Origin: a virus | Taxonomy: Duplodnaviria; Caudoviricetes | IMG/VR virus record: IMGVR_UViG_3300005805_000320 | Coordinates: 1-30,200 of that record | Length of the DNA: 30,200 nt | Reading direction: 5' to 3' (one strand) | Part shown: positions 25,852 to 30,200 of the stretch, piece by piece | Layout of the letters: each line of letters opens with the position of its first letter | Numbering within the stretch: position 1 is the first letter of the stretch | Position numbers and translations under genes: made by a program | Notes under the pieces: model-generated | Seen by the model: the letters and a program-made list of their open reading frames with translations, nothing else | Told to the model about the DNA's origin: nothing | Database searches by the model: none

Positions 25852-27603
25852 ATGGATGTAAGTCTAGAATCGAAAGCATTATCACTATTGGAATCTTATG
25901 AAGGTGGAAATAACTATTTACTTGAACTCAAACGAAAGTCACAAATAAATAAAAAGTTTTACCCAACAAGAAGCCAATCTGAGTATATAATCAATAACCA
26001 TAAAAACCAACCTAAGGTTGCAAAGAAGTGGGTAATTTTAGACGCATACTTTGCCAAAAAATTAGCCGATGATAAATTATACACCGTGATACCTGACAAA
26101 GTATGGGTTGAAAAATTATTGTGTGACACAGAAAAAGCATTTCACATTTGGGGAAGAGTTTTCGAAAGTGAAGAATTCCACGATTTTTGGTTACCGAAGG
26201 CGGCAATTATAAAAGACAATTCAGTCAAAGATGTTGTAATTGATTACGAAAAATATTCTCACAGACCCCCACTTCAACACCAAAAAGAAGCAATCCAAAA
26301 ACTTGTTGAAAACAAAAAATACATATTGGCTGACGATATGGGTTTAGGAAAGACCACATCAACAATCATTGCAGCGTTAGAAACAAGAGCTAAAAAAATC
26401 CTTATCATCTGTCCCGCAACTCTAAAGATTAACTGGAAACGAGAAATTGAGAATTATTCAGAAAGACCGATATTCATATCGGAAGGAAAAACTTTTAGTA
26501 CAGAACACGATTTTGTTATTATAAACTACGACATTATTAAAAACTTTCATGACACTAAGAAAAAAGATGAATCGCAAGTTATTGCTGCCAATTTTGATTT
26601 GGTGGTCGTTGACGAAGCTCACTATATTAAGAATCCTACGGCTCAAAGAACAAAATTAATAAATGACATTGCCAAAAGTGTTGATAGATTATGGTTGTTG
26701 ACAGGTACACCGATGACATCGAGACCTATGGATTATTTCAATCTATTACATCTTATTGAGTCACCCGTAGCAAAAAATTGGATGGCTTATGCTATCAGAT
26801 ATTGTAGTGGATATCAGTTTAATGTAGGAGGACGAAAGGTTTGGAACGTGACAGGTTCATCCAATTTAGAAGAGTTAAGAGACAGGACGACAGGTCTTGT
26901 ACTACGACGACTAAAAGAAAATGTTTTGGACTTACCTGAAAAAATAATTACTCCCGTTTATCTTCGATTGAAATCCAAAGCGTACGAAGAAGTTATGGGA
27001 GAGTATTATGATTGGTACGATAAAAACCCTGAAGAATCAAAATCATTGACAGTTCAGTTCACCAAACTTACCAAAGTACGACAAATCATTGCGGATGAAA
27101 AAATACTTCAGACAATTGAAATTGCCGAAAACATTATTGAACAAGATAAGAAAGTAATTATTTTCTGTAACTTCACCGACTCTCTAAATAAGATTTGTCA
27201 ACACTTCGGAAAAACCGCGGTCAAAGTGGATGGTTCAATGTCCAAACCTGAAAGACAGCGTAGTGTAGATAGTTTCCAAGAAAATGATAAAGTCAAAGTA
27301 TTTGTTGGTAACATTAAAGCTGCGGGTGTTGGTTTAACCTTAACCGCAGGAGAAGCGGTAATCATGAACGACCTATCATTTTTACCATCAGACCATGCTC
27401 AAGCAGAGGATAGAGCATATAGATATGGTCAAAAAAATAACGTCTTGGTTTATTACCCGATATTCGAAAATACCATCGAAGGAATCATCTATGACATACT
27501 AAATAACAAAAAACAAGTCATAGCAACTGTAATGGGTGATAACCTAAATTCCTCCGACATGGCTGAAGAAATTTTGAAGAGAATAAACGAAATCAGAAAA
27601 TAA
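25852..27603 (+). CDS. SNF2-family helicase/translocase (SMARCAL1/HARP-like)
   Basis: ILADDMGLGKT, ICPATLKINW, VVVDEAH, LLTGTP, KVIIF, AAGVGLTL and QAEDRAYRYGQ. Confidence 0.93.
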   Translation: MDVSLESKALSLLESYEGGNNYLLELKRKSQINKKFYPTRSQSEYIINNHKNQPKVAKKWVILDAYFAKKLADDKLYTVIPDKVWVEKLLCDTEKAFHIWGRVFESEEFHDFWLPKAAIIKDNSVKDVVIDYEKYSHRPPLQHQKEAIQKLVENKKYILADDMGLGKTTSTIIAALETRAKKILIICPATLKINWKREIENYSERPIFISEGKTFSTEHDFVIINYDIIKNFHDTKKKDESQVIAANFDLVVVDEAHYIKNPTAQRTKLINDIAKSVDRLWLLTGTPMTSRPMDYFNLLHLIESPVAKNWMAYAIRYCSGYQFNVGGRKVWNVTGSSNLEELRDRTTGLVLRRLKENVLDLPEKIITPVYLRLKSKAYEEVMGEYYDWYDKNPEESKSLTVQFTKLTKVRQIIADEKILQTIEIAENIIEQDKKVIIFCNFTDSLNKICQHFGKTAVKVDGSMSKPERQRSVDSFQENDKVKVFVGNIKAAGVGLTLTAGEAVIMNDLSFLPSDHAQAEDRAYRYGQKNNVLVYYPIFENTIEGIIYDILNNKKQVIATVMGDNLNSSDMAEEILKRINEIRK

Positions 27604-27616
27604 ACTGATTTTGTAT

Positions 27617-27624
27617 TATTTATA
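27617..27624 (+). promoter_or_regulatory. TATTTATA putative late-promoter motif
   Basis: On the plus strand, 17 nt upstream of ATG 27642. Confidence 0.6.
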
Positions 27625-27641
27625 GTAAAATAAAGCCAACA

Positions 27642-29180
27642 ATGAATAAGACAGAAGAGAAGATTCAACAACTCGAATTACAGATTGTAGAACAAAAAGT
27701 GACGAGGGAAAAAGAGTTGTTAATCACAGAAATGAAAAAAATTGGAATAGAGAAGTTACCCTATTCGTACTCAGCCCTCAAACAATTTATCGACCCCGAA
27801 ACAATGGATTTCCATTATAACAGACATTACAAGGGGTATGTTGATAAATTAAATGATGCTCTCTCCAAGAAAAAATATGGAGATTTGGAGTTAGAACAAA
27901 TAATCAAAACTATAAGTCGATTTGACAAAACAATTAGAAATAATGCTGGTGGGGCATTTAATCACGCATTGTTTTGGAACATGTTAACACCTGAACCCAA
28001 ACGACTCAAAGGTGATTTACAGAAAAAAATTATCAAGGAGTTCGGTAGTTTCATTTTGTTTAAGAAAAAATTTGAAGAAATAGCTAAAGAACGATTTGGT
28101 TCAGGATGGGTTTGGTTAGTTTTAACAGGTAGAAACACTTTGAAAATCATGTCTACTCCAAATCAAGATAATCCTTTGATGAATATTATTGAAGGTGGAG
28201 GATTTCCATTATTAGGTTTGGATTTATGGGAACATGCATATTATCTAAAATATAAAAACAAAAGAGATGAATATATTTCTAACTTTTGGAAAGTGGTCAA
28301 TTGGGAATTTGTTTCCAAACTATATGAAATGAAAACCCAAACAAAACTTTTGGAATCTATTGAAATGAAAAAAATTATCAAAGAATTCAAGGAACCAAAA
28401 TTTTGTGATTCAAATGAAATTACTTTTTATAAAGAACTAATCAACAATCCGAAGATAAAAAAATTATACCAAGATGGTGTTACTGATGTTTTAAAAAAAG
28501 TATTTCATGAATATTGGGTGGAGAGTAACAAGAAAGAAATGTCAGGATTTTATGGGATTGAATCCGACAGTGCTAGATCTGTTTTGAATAACCTGAACAC
28601 TAATTTCAATACCTTTTGTTTATTGACAAAAGCAATTAACAGACAAATTGAGTCAATCAACAAACCAAATAAAAAATTCGATTTTTCCATCAAAGAAAAA
28701 CGAACGATTAATGAGGTAAATAGACTTATTACAGCTTTGGATTATTTCAAAAAAGAAATTTTTACAAAAAACAACGAAGATTTTGTAAATATTGTAAGTG
28801 TGTTATTGAAACTTTGGGATAGAGGACAAAAATCCGAAGATAAAGTTCTTTCCAAGATAGAACAATATTTTGGTAAAAATTCGTCAGTTGAAAAAATAGG
28901 GGGTCATGGTCAAAAGAGTGATGCATTTAAAGGTATTGATTTGATTGTTAATATTGATGGTAAAAAACATACCTCTCAAGTTAAACCCTTTTCTTCCATA
29001 AAAAAAGAAGGTGACAAAATCACAGTTATAGACACTGGTAATGTTAAACCATATAACGTAAACTGGATGATATTTATTAACACGAAGTCTAATAAAATTC
29101 TAATCTTTGAAAATAATCCAATAGAGAGTCGTGACCAATATGTTTTTGATGCATCATCTCTGATTCACGAAATAGATTAA
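27642..29180 (+). CDS. Fe/Mn superoxide dismutase (Mn-type signature) fused to a C-terminal PD-(D/E)XK-like domain
   Basis: LPYSYSAL, TMDFHYNRHY, NNAGGAFNHALFW, FGSGWVWL, PNQDNP and DLWEHAYY, so all four metal ligands are present. About 280 extra C-terminal residues contain RGQKSE...GIDLIV...SQVKP. Confidence 0.88.
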   Translation: MNKTEEKIQQLELQIVEQKVTREKELLITEMKKIGIEKLPYSYSALKQFIDPETMDFHYNRHYKGYVDKLNDALSKKKYGDLELEQIIKTISRFDKTIRNNAGGAFNHALFWNMLTPEPKRLKGDLQKKIIKEFGSFILFKKKFEEIAKERFGSGWVWLVLTGRNTLKIMSTPNQDNPLMNIIEGGGFPLLGLDLWEHAYYLKYKNKRDEYISNFWKVVNWEFVSKLYEMKTQTKLLESIEMKKIIKEFKEPKFCDSNEITFYKELINNPKIKKLYQDGVTDVLKKVFHEYWVESNKKEMSGFYGIESDSARSVLNNLNTNFNTFCLLTKAINRQIESINKPNKKFDFSIKEKRTINEVNRLITALDYFKKEIFTKNNEDFVNIVSVLLKLWDRGQKSEDKVLSKIEQYFGKNSSVEKIGGHGQKSDAFKGIDLIVNIDGKKHTSQVKPFSSIKKEGDKITVIDTGNVKPYNVNWMIFINTKSNKILIFENNPIESRDQYVFDASSLIHEID

Positions 29181-29186
29181 CTAAGA

Positions 29187-29194
29187 TATTTATA
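29187..29194 (+). promoter_or_regulatory. TATTTATA putative late-promoter motif
   Basis: On the plus strand, only 4 nt upstream of ATG 29199. Confidence 0.55.
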
Positions 29195-29198
29195 TTAT

Positions 29199-30200
29199 AT
29201 GTCAGCGATACCAGAACCAGAACGAAGTAGGATATACACTAGAATAAAACACCAATTAGGTGCACCACTTAGAAGTGTTGAACTCGAAGACGAGATGTTA
29301 GACTCACTAATGGAATTGGCTATAGGAGACTATGAAGAATATATACTCCAATGGTTAATCGATTCCCAATGGGTGAACCTTGTAAACTTGAACATGAATG
29401 AAAGGTCCGTTGCTAGAGCTTTGGTGACTCGAACAATGGATTTTGAACAACAATTTAGTTATTCATATTCTAAAATTGTTGGCCTTCAAACCGAAGGTCC
29501 GTGGGTTTTAAAGAAAGATTATTTCATTTTAAGTGCTAACACACAAACTTATGAAATCCCCGCAGGTCGAGAAGTTAACGAATTATTATGGTTTTCTAAC
29601 CAAGCTTGGACGGCATTTGGATTGGGAGGTCTTGGTGGATTTGGATTTGGTGGTATCGGATTAGGAGCCAATGAAGCGGGTTACGCTCAAATGGGTTATC
29701 AAGGATCTTATTTCATGATGTCAGGTTTTGATTACTTAATTAGAATGCAAGAGGCAAATATCCTTAACAGAATCTTGGGTGGTTCTTTAACCTATAGAAT
29801 TACAGGTCTTCCTGACGGTAAAAAACTCATTCACTTATATAATACCCCTGGTGGTAAATTCAATTGGTCGAACTATAACCTTTATGTTGGTAAAGCTGTA
29901 TGGTATTGGTATTACGATGTTGAGCCAGATAGTCGAGCCGACTGTTTGAAAAACAATCCTGATATTATTAAACTTCCAACCGACGTTCCAATCGAAGAGT
30001 TAACTTGGACGGACTTGAACGTACCAGGTCAACAATGGGTCAGAAGATGGTTTACAGCGTATTGTAAAGAAACACTGGCTAGAGTGAGAGGAAAATACTC
30101 AGGTAATCTTAAGACTCCTGATAGTGAAATTACAATGGACTATCAGAGTTTATTAACCGAAGCTAAAGATGAAAAAACTAAATTAATTGAAGAATTGATT
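29199..30200 (+). CDS. Neck protein (T4 gp13-like), running off the window end
   Basis: Not in the track because it has no stop in the window. MSAIPEPERSRIYTRIKHQLGAPLRSVELEDEMLDSLMELAIGDY... and WVRRWFTAYCKETLARVRGKY...LLTEAKDEK match the gp13 N- and C-terminal patterns. Confidence 0.8.
   Translation, partial: MSAIPEPERSRIYTRIKHQLGAPLRSVELEDEMLDSLMELAIGDYEEYILQWLIDSQWVNLVNLNMNERSVARALVTRTMDFEQQFSYSYSKIVGLQTEGPWVLKKDYFILSANTQTYEIPAGREVNELLWFSNQAWTAFGLGGLGGFGFGGIGLGANEAGYAQMGYQGSYFMMSGFDYLIRMQEANILNRILGGSLTYRITGLPDGKKLIHLYNTPGGKFNWSNYNLYVGKAVWYWYYDVEPDSRADCLKNNPDIIKLPTDVPIEELTWTDLNVPGQQWVRRWFTAYCKETLARVRGKYSGNLKTPDSEITMDYQSLLTEAKDEKTKLIEELI

Noticed and set aside
4075-28150. Remaining 60-100 aa ORFs nested in the large genes
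   Set aside because: They are antisense or out-of-frame shadows with no independent signals or motifs.
1-30200. Alternative genetic code (TAG/TGA recoding as in some large gut phages)
   Set aside because: Multi-kb ORFs are intact under the standard code with dense packing; TAG ends recA and TGA ends the chaperone extension at sensible positions.
1-30200. CRISPR arrays, tRNA/rRNA genes, introns/inteins, IS elements, DGR repeats
   Set aside because: None were seen by eye. Intergenic gaps are too short, and recA and the helicase have normal lengths. A covariance-model or self-alignment search was not run.

Overview
AT-rich window from a large, T4-like myovirus (contractile-tailed, probably jumbo phage) using the standard genetic code. 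The host is probably a Bacteroidota bacterium, judging by a TTTG-N19-TAnnTTTG promoter, the lack of Shine-Dalgarno sites, A-rich leaders and an SSB tail ending in DLPF. The left end carries a replication/recombination block on the minus strand: gp32-like SSB, RecA/UvsX and a partial 5'-3' exonuclease. The centre is a minus-strand tail/baseplate block: head-closure, small Zn-ribbon, gp15-like terminator, sheath, HAD-like protein, tube, assembly chaperone with an overlapping +1-frame extension, tape measure, a 1704-aa tube-initiator-like protein with an OmpA-like insert, a gp53/LysM-like wedge and a 2572-aa hub-like protein. The right end has plus-strand genes for an SNF2 helicase, a Mn-type SOD fused to a PD-(D/E)XK-like domain and a partial gp13-like neck protein. 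Five ORFs absent from the supplied track were read by hand. The most notable observations are the SOD-nuclease-like fusion, a probable +1 frameshift in the tail chaperone, a strand-tracking TATTTAT(A/C) motif that is the reverse complement of the T4 late promoter, a lone antisense ribbon-helix-helix gene facing the sheath promoter, and the OmpA-like insert. All functional calls come from recognising motifs by eye; no database searches were run.
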